From an uncultured Candidatus Saccharibacteria bacterium (lineage in GTDB: Bacteria > Patescibacteriota > Minisyncoccia > Phycocordibacterales > UBA918), in assembly GCA_964502345.1 (NCBI GenBank), contig CAZCWH010000001.1, forward strand, positions 167 through 64,166: a stretch of 64,000 nucleotides of DNA, read 5' to 3'. Positions 40,001 to 55,000 of the stretch are shown here, piece after piece (position 1 is the stretch's first letter; every line of letters starts with the position of its first letter). Position numbers and translations under genes: made by a program. The notes under the pieces are model-generated. The model was not told the origin of the DNA and did no database searches. It saw only the letters and a list, made by a program, of their open reading frames with translations.

Positions 40001-43000
40001 CACTCTTACTGTTAATTGTGTACGAACTGCCTGAATTGATAACGAGCGTACTACCCGTCCAAGTCGTTGGGGCACCACCTACAAGATTCGTAAAGACTCC
40101 ACCAACATATAGTCGTGTACTAGAGCTCTGCGTAAAGCTCGACGCTGAAGTTAGTGAGAAATTCCCTGTTGTTGTCGCATTAGCTGATATGGTCCATCCA
40201 CCACCGCCACTCGCAAGCGTCACATTGTGGAATAATGAATTGCCTGGATTAATAATTTCACCAGTATCACTCGAATTGAAGAGTATACTGCCTGATGCAT
40301 TATTGAATGAGCCTCCAGTATTTAGAAGTGATCCTCCAATAGACATGGTTCCAGTCGCCAAAGTCACTGCACCACTCTGGATAGTTAAACTACCAAGCAA
40401 AGCAACATTTGTATTAGTGAATGTATATGCCCCTCCTCCGGCAAAGGTTGTGCTGTAGAGATCGGAGGTACTTGCGGTCACAACGACTGCACCTGCACTA
40501 GTGAATCGGAGTTCCCCACTGCCGTGCACAAAGACATCACTATTTATAAAGTTACCGCCTATCGTCAAGGTACCCGTTGCACTGGTGAATGATCCATCAA
40601 CGATTCGTACATCTCCCGTCGTAGTTGCATACCCTCCTTGGAGTGAGAAACTACCCACCCCATTCACGACGAGGGTACCGAAACTGGAACTACGTGGGCG
40701 AATAGTCTCAGCACTTCCTGAGTTAAAGACCATTGTTCCACCGCTCGAGGTGAATGAGCCTCCGGTGACACTCAATGAACCTGTGACTGTCGTCGTCGCA
40801 GATGGAAGTGTTACAGTACCCTGTGCAACAGTAAAATCATTACCAATATCAAACGTGGTATTGGTAACAGTCCAGCTACCTGATCCGTTAAATGTGGCAT
40901 CATACAAACTACTCGAATTAGTATCGACGGTCCGTCCTGCTCCTGATGTTGTAAATACAAATGTAGAGGTCTCATCATCGATACTTGCTCCAGTGCCACT
41001 AATGAGGCTTCCTCCAATTGAGTGTGTCTCACTACCCGTCGCATCAAATACTGCATTTGTATACAATTCAAGCGTTCCATCGTATGCACTGCCACCCCCA
41101 CCACCCGTTACCGTGATGTTTCCGTTTGGTTCAAACTCTTTCCCTGTCCATACAATAAGCTTACGATTTGCAGGTAGGGTAAGTGTGTCCGGAGTACCAT
41201 CGACAGCAGTAAATGGAATATCAGCGTCATCACTTGAGTCCCAAAGTGACATATCAACAATTGAGAGTGGGTCGCTACTCTCATGACGAACAATCACACG
41301 ATTTTCATAGAGATCGAGACCAGTTATGTTTGAAACTGGGTCTTCAGTAACAGTTGCTGCCTTTTCAGTCTCACCATCAATATATACAACGAGTGAATCA
41401 TTCGGACTATAGAGCACTCCTGGAATTGAATAAAGGCCTGAACCATTACATGAGCCAGTATATGACGTAAGACCACCAACACGCAGATGAATGCTTTGAG
41501 TCGAACCATCACACACAGACACACCCATTGGAGTAGTACCCTCATCGCTATATACCGTTCCCGAAACAGTAATACTTGACGACGAATTATCCCATACGAT
41601 ATAACCTGGGTTACCATCTGGATCCACATCAAAATCTTCACCATCAATTGATCCTGCATGATTCGTAAATCTCCACGAACTAGCCGTAGTACCTGTTGCA
41701 GTGACGTTATACGCAGGAGTAATTCCTGTTGAAGTTGCAAAGTAATTATTTGTGAATGTTTTTGCAGGATTTTGTGTAATGACAGTCCCCCCTACGGTCA
41801 TTGCTGTACCGCTATTTTGAGAAACAGTGATGTCACCATACGCGAGTGTTACCACATTCGGTGTACCGCTCAAGGTAAGTCCAGATGCATCCATATCTTG
41901 CATGTCGTAATACGACCATGTTGTTGATGCGCTACCACCAATACGGAATGAGTACGTACCACTTCCCTGATTCTGAATTGTTGTAGAAGCGCTGTCTAAA
42001 CCGAGTACAGAAAGTCCTCCACCCGTATAAAGAACGCTACCACCACCTCGAATGTATACGTCGACGTTACGTGGTGTACCGCTGATATTTGTGCCATCAA
42101 AGTCTGTTGTATAGCTCCAGTAGTCAGTACCAGATGTTTTGCTGTATGCACCATATATATACAAGTCTCCATTCACTCCCCCATGATCTTGTGAGTACAG
42201 TGAACCATTTGCATGTGTATCATATGTACCCGCAGTACTATTCCACATACGTATTTGTGTCCCACTGCCGACACTCAGTTTCTCATAGGTGTCACTCGTC
42301 GTAGAGGCATTTATAGAGTAGCTTCCACTTCCATAGAAATGGAGCACGGAACTAGTCCATGTGGTGACTCCACCACCTTGTCCGTTCGTAAAGAGACCAC
42401 CCACCGCGAGTGATTGACCGCTTGCGAGCGTAAATGATCCTGCATTGGTGAGCGAAAATGCACCTGTCGTTGTTGCCGGTTCGGATACCGTAAATGCTCC
42501 CGAGCCATTAATCGTGAGATTCGCAAAAGGTGAGTTACCTGCAGCGATTGATGGAGTACCTGCACCATCAAAGGTAACTGTTCCACTACTTCCAGTATAA
42601 GTACCATTATTATCCCAACTGCCAGCAACAGTGAAGTTTGCACTTGCACTTCCTATGAGCGTTCCTGTGGAATCAATGGTGATGTTTCCATTTACATCAA
42701 ACGCCGGATCACTTGTATCCAGTGTAAACGTTGTTGCATTAGGACCTCCCACAGTGAGATTGTTGCTCACAATAATACCAAGACCTGTTCCGGTATATGT
42801 TGGTGAGCTTCCCTGTGCCTTCAAGTCGAGATTATAGTAAGTCGTTGAAATAACATTGGTTGCGCCAGCACCGCTATATCGCACCGTACTTGTATCCTCA
42901 AGGAAAGTACCGCTCTCAACAAATACATTTCCTGTTCCAGAAAGATTCCAGAGCGAACTTCCTGCATCAAGGTAATGTGCAGTATTTATTGTGAGTTTTC

Positions 43001-46000
43001 CGAGAATCGTAGTTGTTGCGTTACTTCCAGGTGTTGTGGTCCCAATGATACTTCCGTTACCAAGGACGAGGTTTGCGAGAGTCCATGCAGTTGTACCTCC
43101 AAGCGTATTTGTTTGGTAGATTGTTGTTGTACCACTTCCCATTGAGAGGACTCCATTTCCAGAAAGTGAGCCATTTACCACCGTGATATCAGCCGTTCCT
43201 GTGACCGTACCAAGCGTTACATCAATGTCCTGTAATGCTCTAATATCACCATTAATATTCCATCCACCACCAAGACCATTGAACTCAATTGTATTAAATG
43301 TAATCTCCTGAGTTCCAGTAGTGGTGATAGTCTTCCCCGTAGTCGTTGCATTCATAATGACCGTCGTTGAAGCACTCGCGAATGTTGCACCATCATCCAT
43401 AGTGAAACTTCCTCCAATTGTGTATGTAGATGAGGCAGATCCTGTAAAGATTGCATTATTGTCAATATGCAAAGATCCATCAAACGCGGTGGACGAGGCA
43501 TTCCCGTTAATGGTGATATTACCGTCTGGTGCAAACGTACTGCTCGAAGCAATGTGGAGCTCAGTATTAGCGAGCACGGTAAGTGTGCCTGTCGCGGCAA
43601 CAAACGAGATGTCACTATCGTTATCATTGTCATATGCTGACATCTTTAGAATGGTCATTGGCTCCGTATCCTCATGACGCGTAATAACTCTATTCTGATA
43701 GATATCAAGATCAGTGATATCTGAAATTGGTGTACGTGTTACTACTGTCCCCTTTGCACCACCGTTTGTATTGAGGTACACAGTTACCACCGGATCCCCC
43801 ACAACAACGACACCAGGAATACTAAATGAACCGTTTGCTGAGGCACAGGTACCTGTATACGAACTTCCACCTTGCACGACGATACGAATATTTGCTGTCA
43901 CATCATCACACACTGGATTTCCCATTCGGGTAACCCCGTCATCACTGTAGACGACACCAGAAACAGTAATGACAAGTGAGCTATCGTCCCATCTGACTGA
44001 ACCTGGGTCACCAGTATCATTATCAAATGCTTCACCATCAATATTTCCTGTTGAGTCTCGGAACCACCAGTACGATGTCGGTGTACCATCTGTCTGCGTT
44101 ACATTGGTCGCTGAAATTGCGGTCGTTGTTGAGAAATTGACTCGATATATTTGGAACCCTGGATTTGCGTTGATTGATGAGGAGGCAACAGTAAATCCAG
44201 TTCCTGCAGATATTCCTGGTTTTACAAAACCATCGTTCAGTGAAGATATGGTGCCTGCTCCTCTAAAAGTTACCCCTGCTGTCCCAAGATTACTAAATTC
44301 ATAATTATTGAATGTCGTCGCCGTTGAAGAAGCGATTACAACATACGTACCGCTTCCTTGATTAGCAACTGTTGTCGTAGCTGTCGAAGATCCAATCATT
44401 GAGAAAGTACTTCCAGAGAGTGTCGCACTCGTTCCTGAAGCAAGTCGTACATCAACTTGGCGTGAACTTCCACCAAGCGCTGTGCCATCAAAATCAGTTG
44501 CATAGCTCCAATGCTCAGTACCGGACGTTCGTGTATAGTCACCAAAAATATAGAGATCCCCGTCTACTGCAGAGTGATCCTGTGAGTAAATTGATGCTGT
44601 ATCGAGTGTTGAATATGTGTTTGCACTTGAATTCCACATGGAGATGTCAGTATCACCAACAACGAGAAGCGTGCCGTACACATCTCCCGCGTGACTCTTA
44701 CTATTAAGGGCACTGTCTCCACCAGTGAGTCGAAGCGTTGATCCTGTCCATGTTGTATTGCTGCCATTTGCTGCATGTGTAAATGTTCCACTTGCAGTAA
44801 GTGTCAGACCACTATTGAGCGTAAACTGGGACACATTGGTCAAAGACACTGCTACTGTTCCTGTTGCAGACTCGGTGACGGTGAAGTCTCCGGACGCACT
44901 ATTAAAATCAAGAGTTGAAAATGCTGAAGTACCAGCTGCAATAGTTTCACTGCCTCCAGAAGAATTGAATCTGACAGTGCCCCCATTTGCATCAAATATT
45001 GCATTATTGTCAAACGAACCACCTATCGACAGCACCCCTGTTGGGAATACAGCATCTCCACCGAGCTCAGAAATATAGTTTCCGAGAATCGTAGTATTCG
45101 TATCGCTAAATCTGCGTGAGCGAGAGCTCTCTTCTCCGCCAGCGGTGTAAAACGATGTCGAGGTTGCCATGTTGCGGTATTCTGCATCACGCCATGCATC
45201 AGCTCGAGTAGTTGTTGATACGCGCACCTCGTCAATTCGACCATCAAATGAAATAGGTGGTACACGATTCGGTCGAAGCCCAGATATGGTGAAGTTTGCA
45301 GTTGGGTCTGAATTGCCGGCTGTAAAACTACCGCGAGCAACACCGTTTACGCGGGTCGTGACAGTACTATTTCTCACTGCATTAATTGAGACATGGTACC
45401 AATTTCCTGCAACTAGATCAGCACCAGTTGTCACATTACACGTCGTCACGGTAGTAAATGCACGCACGCACACTTCATCAGGAGCCGGTGTGCCACCAAC
45501 TGATGTCCAGTCATAAACTCCCGCTGTTGAAACTCCGTACAAACTATACCCATAGGTATTAGTCTCCTGAGGTGCAGCTCCTGCGAGCGTATCAGGATTA
45601 AACCACATTGATACGTTGTACTGCGTCTGCCCATTGAGGAAGCTGCCTGTGTATTGAATCGGTGTTGTATCAAAGGATTGTGCTTTCTTTACACGCCCAG
45701 TTGAAACCTCGAGCGGGTTGTTCGAAACGGGGCTACCCGCTGTGTCTGTCTTAACACCAGTGATTGTACGAACACTATTCTGTACCACGCTCGTCGTGAG
45801 ATCATTCATGTGACTGACGAGTGTATAGCCATTACTCCATACACTTCGTGCTCCATATGGAGAAGTTGATGCGTAGGCACTCGCACCACTGTTACCATAG
45901 TAGATATAGAATGTCGTATCAGTCGTTGAAGAGACTGAAGTCGCTCTAAAGTAGAGTTCACCATCAGTGCCACTCGTGTCAATTGATACGAGTTCGATTG

Positions 46001-49000
46001 GTACTTCAGTCACTCCGTCACTCTCCGTGACACGGATATCACTACCATCGGTCTTTACGGTACTGAAGAATGCGGATGAGAGGTCGTCGAGATTGACGTA
46101 GACTGGGAAATTCGTGAGTCCTGCATCTATTTGGGAGGCTTGGATGGTGATCGGAATACGTCGAGTCCAAGAATCATTGTACCAAGAGGTCGCGATACCG
46201 CCTCGCGTACGTACATTATTAAATGAAGAACCATTTGTACTCACTGTCTTAGAGTTTTGTACAACAAAGATTACTTCGCCCGAATTATGTGTGAAGGCAC
46301 CAGTACCAGTGGTAGTAAAATCACCACTTACCGTAAGCGTACCTGATGGGAGTGTCACGGTACCAGCCTGGATACGGAATGTGTTGGATGTTGTTGCATT
46401 ACTTTCTGTAAATGCCCATGAACCAGAACCAGTGAAGACGAGATTATAAAAAGCATTAAGGAATGTTCCGCCACTCTGCGTAATCGAACGACCACCAGCA
46501 GTACTACTCATGACGACTGTCCCGTTATTGTGAGCAAACACACCCCCTGTATTAAGGAAGGATCCTGCGACTGTTGTCGTTGCTGTTGGTAACGTTACCG
46601 TCCCTGTTGCAATCGTGAGATGGTTACTTACCGTGAGTGTTGGAGCAGTGAATGACCATGAACCACCAACCCCAGAGAAGGTTAAGTTATAGAATGCACT
46701 CGAGCCGGTCGTAATGATTCTGTTCGTTGTTGTTGCAATGAAGGAAACAGTTCCAGTTCGAGCAGTAAAGGTATTATTGTTGATCCAATCTTCGTATACG
46801 GAAGCACTGAATCCTGTGATTGAAGCATCAAAGGCATCGTTTGCTCCAATAGTCATTGATTGCATGGTCACATTACTTCCCAGGACAAGTGTCTTTGTCG
46901 TACCATCAACAAGCACACGTCCAACATTTTGTTTAACAGCATTATTATCTGTCCATGTCGATGGGTTAATTCCATCAAATGTAGTCGTCCCCATACCGGT
47001 CCAATAACCACTTGCACCTATCGTGAGGTTGCCAGCGACGAAAATAGATGTGGTTCCTCGAGCAAGTGTTCCAAACGACACTCCTAAGTTACCATCCACA
47101 TCAAGTGTCGAAAGCGTATTCCATGTTGCTGTTCCACTCGTCTCACCAAAGGTTACGTTATTGAATCCACTAGTCACTGATCCAGTCTCATCTATTGATT
47201 CAGTTGATGAGGTGGCAGTGAATATGACCGTCGAGCCAGTCATGGTCGTTGTCGCATTATTGTCCCATGAACCACTCACTCGAATACTGTTACTACCTGC
47301 AGTAAAGGTGCCATAATTCCTAAGATCATGTGTAGTGACATCAGCTCCAGTTCCTGGTGCATACGTATTTCGTGTAAGTACAACAATACTTGCATCAGTA
47401 CAACCAGTATCAGCACACATAGTGAGATCATTCCCTGCATTCACATCAAAGAAGAGATCTTCATCATTCGTGTAATCGTACATACCAATCTGTGTATTCG
47501 TAGCAGTCACAAAGTCATTTGAACCAATGGTGAGATGACGTTTTTGAAGACGCATACCTGTCACGTCAGGCGTACCATCAAATACGGTGACCCCTACAGC
47601 TTCATCCACGTCATTCGCCCCACTTATAAATGTAGTAATTACATCCCCACTGAAGAGTGGGATATTCTCAATCTCCCATGTGCCGTCTCCAAGAATTGCA
47701 CCCGTCGCGCCAGACTGAAGTACTCCATTTACTGCTACTGCAACAGTACCCGCTGTGGTAGATGATACCCCGTCATACTCAAGCGCAGTACCCGATACCG
47801 TGAAGCCAGCTATCCATGTGACTGTCCAATCATCAAGTGTTGGACAATTTGCTCCACTACAATTGAGATTTCCAACAATCCGTATCTGGTTGTATGTTGT
47901 TGTATTAAGCGCTTCTAGATCAATAGGTGATGTGGTAAATCCTGTTGAATTCCCCGGAAGTGCACTATCAGGAATGAGTCCCCATACGCCAAGTCCATTA
48001 AGGAACTCGATCTGATATCGCACTTCACTTCCGCCTGGCTCAGAATCTCGCCATGACAATTCTCCCCACCCTGGTCCACTACCATCATCAAAATCTATAG
48101 TATCTGATTTAATACTACCCGAACTCAATACTGCTGGATTAACTGCGAATTGGAATCCTGTTGCACTATCGGCGACGCTCAAGCCAACAGTTGCTGCTCC
48201 TGTTCCTCCGGCACTTGCCACCAATTGAGTTCCCCATACTCCAGACGCATTAGCAGTTCCGCCTCCTGCCTGTATTTCATCACTCTCAGTCCAGCCTGTT
48301 CCTGAAACAGTGAATGGGTATACATCTCCACCGTCTCCACTTAAGAGATAGAATGCCAACGACTGGTCTTCTGTCGTCGTAATACCAGTAACTGCATGAC
48401 TGGCAGCACTTCCTCCATTATAGTCAGCACCAATAACATTTATAGGATCCGTGGTACTTGCTCCGGTTACTCTAATGTAGAATCCCCAGAAATCATCCGA
48501 TGATTGTGCGGGAACATTAATTGTTGTCCCCTCTGAACCATTTGCAACACGATAGAATGCTGCTGCATGAGCATCTGATACAGTGTCATTTCCTGATTCA
48601 TTAATGAGTGTGAACCCAGACGGCTTGAGTGTCGTATCATTCCACTGCGCTGTTGCAGAGTTATCATCACTTCCTACCAAAATAAGGAGGAGGTCACCTG
48701 AGACCACTCCGGATGGCTTCGTGAGTGTAAGCGAACTGCCAGGAATTGCTGTATTTGATGTCCAGCCACTTTCAACCACAATCCCTCCACCGATTCCTAC
48801 ACTATTTGTCGCTGCATCAACTCCTGAGAGTGTACCCTTATCAAACTGAAGTCCAAGAGTTTGGAACCAAGTTGACACTTGCACTGGTTCACCTGACGTT
48901 GCAGTCGTAAAACTCCATGGCTCTGACCATGTTGAAAAATTATCGCTTCCGCTTGGATCTTTAGCGCGAGCACGCCACCAGTACGTTGTACTTGCAGAAA

Positions 49001-52000
49001 GTGCGTCTCCTGGTTGAATTTTATACGAAATCGTGTCCCCTGAATCAAATGGGTTTGTGTCCCCACCATTAACAAGATTCACGAATCCTGTTGGTGAAGT
49101 GCTTGAGTTTCTTGTAGTGCTTCCCGTAGCGAAATTGTAATCTGTTGACCACGATACTTCGTACTCAATGTCGTCATTCTCTGGGTCAGAAGAAGAGAAG
49201 CCGAACGTTGGAGATGTTGTTGCAAATTTTTCATTATCAAATGGAGCACTGAGCGTTGGTACTTCTATACTTTCTGCCCATGCAAGTGTCCAATCAAGAA
49301 GTGTTGGCGCTCCAGTTCTAAAGTTTGCTCGAATGCGTATGACGTCGTACAGTGTGACATCAAGCCCACTAAGGTCAACGGGTGATGAGTCGTATCCAGC
49401 CGCATTTCCAGAGAGCGCACTGTCTGGAATCAAGAACCAGTCCCCATCATTTTCGTATTCAATATGGTAGAGAATATCATTTGCAGAACCTGTCTCGTTA
49501 AATGAAAGCTCCCCCCACACATTACCAATTGTTGCGTCGCTAAAATCAATCGCTGTTGATGTAGTCGTCGCGACCGTAGATCCACTTGCAAAAGCGACGA
49601 GATCGCTCGCAGTTGCTTCAGTACCATCATGAGTGTTTGTTTCAAACTGCTCCTCAGTTGTTTGGTACCACGTAGAGACAGTGAGTGATGTGTCTACTGT
49701 AAAACTCTGTGGAGTAGACCAGTCTCCATATGCAGCAGATCCACTCGCATCCTTAGAACGCACTCGCCACCAATACGTGACCCCATTGCTGAGTGACGAC
49801 GGAATTGTGTAACGCATTCTTGCATAATTATTAAACGGTGTTTTGTCTGAAGGAGTAGCAATGTTAAGGAAATCATCCAAATTAGTCTCTGAATCAGTAT
49901 CTATCACTGTGGAACTGAAAGCATAGTCATTATCAATCTGAATCTGATAATCAACTTCATCACCATTTTCATCGTAGCCAATAAACTCAAACCATGGTGA
50001 TGTGCTTGCAAGCTTTTCATTATCAAATGGCGCAAACATGTCTTCGATCAGTGGAGAAGCGTTTGTTACAAGTGTCGGAAACTGGGTGTAGGTATCAAGT
50101 TCTGTCCCGTCTGCATTAACCATTCTGAAACAGTACTGTGCTCCCGGTGTTGCATCATTATTTTGTAAAGCAAAATCCCACTCGGCAGCTTCACCAACAT
50201 TAATAGCATTTGGATTGGGTACTGTTGGATTTCCTTCCTCATAGGTTTCGAGTACATCTGAGTCAGTGAGCAATAGTGAGGTGAGCTCATACCCATCAGC
50301 GCTTCCACCCATCGATTCATCCGAAACGGTATAGAAATCCGTAGAGGTCGCCATATTGCGATACTCAGCGTCTCGCCATGCATCAGCTCGAGTCGTTGTC
50401 GATACACGGACCTCATCAATTCGTCCATCAAAACCGATGTTTCGTTGGGGTGTACCACGTAGATCACCGATAGTGAAGTTTGCACCCACGTTGTTCTCAC
50501 TACCATTAATATACGATAGTCGCTGTACTCCATTGACTCGAACAGTAGTGGTACCTCCGTCAATTGCATTCACCGATGTGTGGTACCAGTTACCTGTAGC
50601 TAGCCCTGCGCCACTTGTTGGCACACATGTGGTGGCTGTATCTTCATACGCACAGAGACGTAGCTCAGTGAGATTACCTGTACCCCCTGCAGTAAGCCAT
50701 TGATATGGTGCGGCTGTTGGTGAAATACCGTAGAGTGACAATCCATAGGTGCCCAAGTCTCCACCCCCGGTGAGTGCATCGGGATTAAACCAGAGTGAGA
50801 CAGCGTATTGGGTTGCATTTGTGAGCATGGTACCGGTGTACTGTATGAGATCAAGGCTAAAGTCTTGAGCCTCTGAAACAGGACCTGTACTTACTTCTGC
50901 AGGATTTCCAGCACTCGTCTTTACTCCATTGAGCGTCCCGGCACTATTCTCGACGACACTCGTCGTGAGATCATTCATATGGCTCACGAGAATGTATCCA
51001 TTACTCCATACACTTCGTGCTCCATATGGAGAAGTTGATGCGTAGGCACTCGCACCACTGTTACCATAGTAGATATAGAATGTCGTATCAGTCGTTGAAG
51101 AGACTGAAGTCGCTCTAAAGTAGAGTTCACCATCAGTGCCACTCGTGTCAATTGATACGAGTTCGATTGGTACTTCAGTCACTCCGTCACTCTCCGTGAC
51201 ACGGATATCACTACCATCGGTCTTTACGGTACTGAAGAATGCGGATGAGAGGTCGTCGAGATTGACGTAGACTGGGAAATTCGTGAGTCCTGCATCTATT
51301 TGGGAGGCTTGGATGGTGATGCGAGTCCTACTACTCCAATTTTCGTCGTACCAATCATCCATCGCAATACCATTTTCATATCCGCGCCAGAGCGCTGTAG
51401 TACTTGCAGCATCACCCACGTCGTACCATGTGAGATCAACGCTACATGTATCCCCTTCAGCATACTGTAAATTGAAGAGCTCAGAATCTGCACTTGCATT
51501 TGTACTCGAACCAACAAGTGACATGCGAAGCCGGAGTACATCAGCATTGAGTACTGCACTCGATGAGTCAATCGCTTCATTTTCATTTAGATCTACGCCT
51601 CCAACCGGCCATATGTCCGTTGGTGTGGTTGAAGCAGCATTTACATACCATTGGTAATCTTGCTGTACAAATTGGGGCGAGAGCACCCAACTCACGGTCC
51701 AATCTTCTAGTATTGGCGAGGTACTCGCACTGTCTTGCTGTAACTCCATCTGAAGACAAATACGATTGTAAGTCGTTGTAGATAGTGTTGAGATATCAAG
51801 TGGGCTCGTATCACTGGTAAAGCCTGTACTGTTTCCAGGAAGCGCTCCGTCAGTGATGATGGTGTCGCACACAGTAGTACTCGAGTAATACAAGCGCATG
51901 CGCGTCTCAGAACCTGCTGGCTCAGTGACGCTCCAACTCACCTCTCCCCATGTGCTTTGATTTGGCACTGAATCATGATCAACTTCAGTTGACATTATGG

Positions 52001-55000
52001 TTCCTTGGCTACCGGTACCTGCAACCTTTAAACTGATACCACTCATTGAATCATGCGTACCAGCGGCACTCGCGGTATGTCCGGAGGCTTCTGTCCCCGC
52101 CGTCGTGACGTTCCGATTATTGATATGGAATCCAAGACCCCAGTTAGTACCCGGTACATACGTTGCCGCAACAGACGATGGACTCGGCCAGGTTGCATTT
52201 GACCATGTGGTTACTGTACGTACACCAGCACCAGCTGTTGAACGTGCGAGATTAATGACCTCAATTGCTTGATCTCCTTGATTGATAGTGAGACCAGCTG
52301 AGAATGGACCTACTGTGGCATTTGCAGTGGCGCCACTGAAGTAGTTGCGTGCATCAGTCACTACAGTTGTTTGATCAACTCCTGCAAAAACAGCTGCATA
52401 TACGTAATTGTAATAGGAGGTTCCACCAGTAATGGTCACATCGAGGTCGTCCCCCGAGGCAGCAGCAATTCCCGCATCATTGAGGTAGAAAATGTACGTA
52501 TGATTTCGGTTGGTAGCATTTGTCGCATCCCCCACAGCAAGGGTCATAGCCTGACCGCCGTACGTCACACTCACGGACTGTGTCCCTACTGTGGTTCGAG
52601 TAGAACCAATTGCAACTACGAGCATTCGGTCAGTGCCTGCTGCTATTGCATAGCTCGCATTAACTGTTCCTGCTGGGTACGCAGTACTTGCGTACTGTTG
52701 CAGCCAGTCTGCTTGAGTCGTGATGACCGTTGAAGGAGTTCCGATGGTCTCAATCTCAACACTGTCTCCACTTGTCGTTGCATTTGAAAGTGTGGCTTCA
52801 TCAAACTGTGCATCAGTGGTTTGGTACCATTCAGGTACTCCTATAAACGTATTAACCGACATACTACGTGCAGTTGAAGTAGCACTCCATGTGTTGGTAC
52901 CAGAAGGATCTCGTGCGCGTACTGCCCACCAATAGGTTGTGCCTACCGTAAGCTCATCTCCAGCCTGGAGTGCATAGGTTGTCGTCGCCCCTGAGGCAAA
53001 TGTTGATGCACTCCATCCTGCATCAGTCGGATAATTTGAAGACTGCTTCGTCAAGATTGGCGAAGTGAGATTTGAACTTGTACTTACAATAAGCTCAAAT
53101 TCCATTGCGTCACCCTCAAAGTCAGTCGCAGCAAAACCTCCAAGTGTCGGTCGTGTTGTCGTGGCACGAAGATTATTAAACGCAGGATAAAGCGCGAGAT
53201 TTGGCGTATACGGTATCTGATTTGGAACCGCCCAGTCCACAGTCCAATCATTAAGCGACGGTGAGGTGGTACCAAAACCTAGATCGAAGGTCATCCGCAG
53301 ACAGATGCGATTATAGGTCGTCGTTGAAAGTGTATTGATGAACAACTCTGACGCCGTAACATCAAATCCAGTACTATTTCCTGGAAGTGCCGAGTCAGGA
53401 AGTATGGTGTCGCAGGCAAGCGTACTCGTATAGAACAACTGGAGTCGTGTATCGGTATGCGTTGGCTCAGTCGTATTCCAAGTCACTACTCCCCAGTCAC
53501 TCTGTCCGGATACAGAGTCAAAATCTACTTCAGGCGACATTACGGTACCTTTCACGTGTGAAGGATTAATAGCGAACTGGAATCCAGATGAGCTATCGTT
53601 CACAGAGAATGCAACCGTGGCAGCACCAGTTGCGCCCGCAGTCACCATCGAACGTGTTCCCCACGTACCAGCAGATCCATTTCCTCCAGCCCCTACCTGA
53701 ACTTCTGCACTCTCACTCCATCCAGTTCCTGAAACACTAAATGGGTATGTATCATCCCCATCACCAGAGATGACGTAGAATGCGAGCGTATTATTGACCG
53801 TTGTATTGACGCTTGTAACGGCGTGACTGACAGCTCCTGCATCGTCATTATCTGCTCCGACTACATTGATTGGATTTGTTGTTGATGCTCCCGTTACTCG
53901 AATATAGTATCCCCAATAATCGGCTGAGATTTGAGCAGGAACACTCGTTGTCGCTCCTTCTGTTCCGTCTGCAACTCGATAAAATGCAGCGGTGTGTGTA
54001 TCGGATGTGGTGTTTCCCGATTCATTGATGAGCGTGAATCCTGTTGGTTTAAGTGTCGTGTTATTCCACTGCGCGTTTGCAGTATTGTCATCATTACCCA
54101 CGATGATCATCAAAAGGTCCCCGATTTCTACATTTGATGGCTTCGTGAGTACGAGTGATGCACCTGGAGATGTGGTAGCTACTCTCCAGCCACTCACAAC
54201 GGTCGGGACAGCAGTACTTGTTGTCGCGAGCTGTGCAGTACCGGAGGTCGAAGCTGTATTTGTGAGTGTTCCTCTCTCAAATTGGCTACCTTCAGTCTGG
54301 AACCACGTCGATGGATCAATACCAGTCGTATACGTAAAACTTCGGACACTACTCCATTCACCCCAAATATTACCAACTGTTTCTTTCGCTCGAACACGCC
54401 AATAGTACGTCACTCCATTTGTAAGCGCAGTCTGTATGGTAAAGCGCATCTGTTCATTTTCGGTATACGGATGTGTATCGGTCGATGAGGCGGTATTGCT
54501 AAAACAATTCGGTGTACATCCGCTTTCATTGTCTGATGTCCGATCTCCAACAGGTGAAGTACCTACATCAACATCATCATCCCATTGGAACTGGTATACC
54601 AAGGTATCACTACCGTCAGGATCATTTGCAGTAAATGTGAAGGATGGTGTTGAAGTACCAGTCTGTTCATTATCAAAAAGCGCAATAGTAGTAGGTGCCT
54701 CAGGCACAGCACCTCCTACATCTCGCTTTGCAAACACTGCAGTTCTGAATGGAGGTATCGTTGCTACCGCTGAGAAGTTTGTGACGTCGACTTGATGCGT
54801 ATGTGCATTAGTCGTGACTGTATTATCAATAGTCACAAGGTCACGAGTCTGTGTACCACTTGGCCCCTGCGAGGTTACGGTAATGTTACTGTGAGTCGTC
54901 GTTGCAGCTCCGCCAGTGCCTCCATAAGTCGTGCTCGCTTTTACAAAGCGATTTTCAAATGGATCAGATGGTCCTGAGAGATCACCCCACCCGAGCGGTG

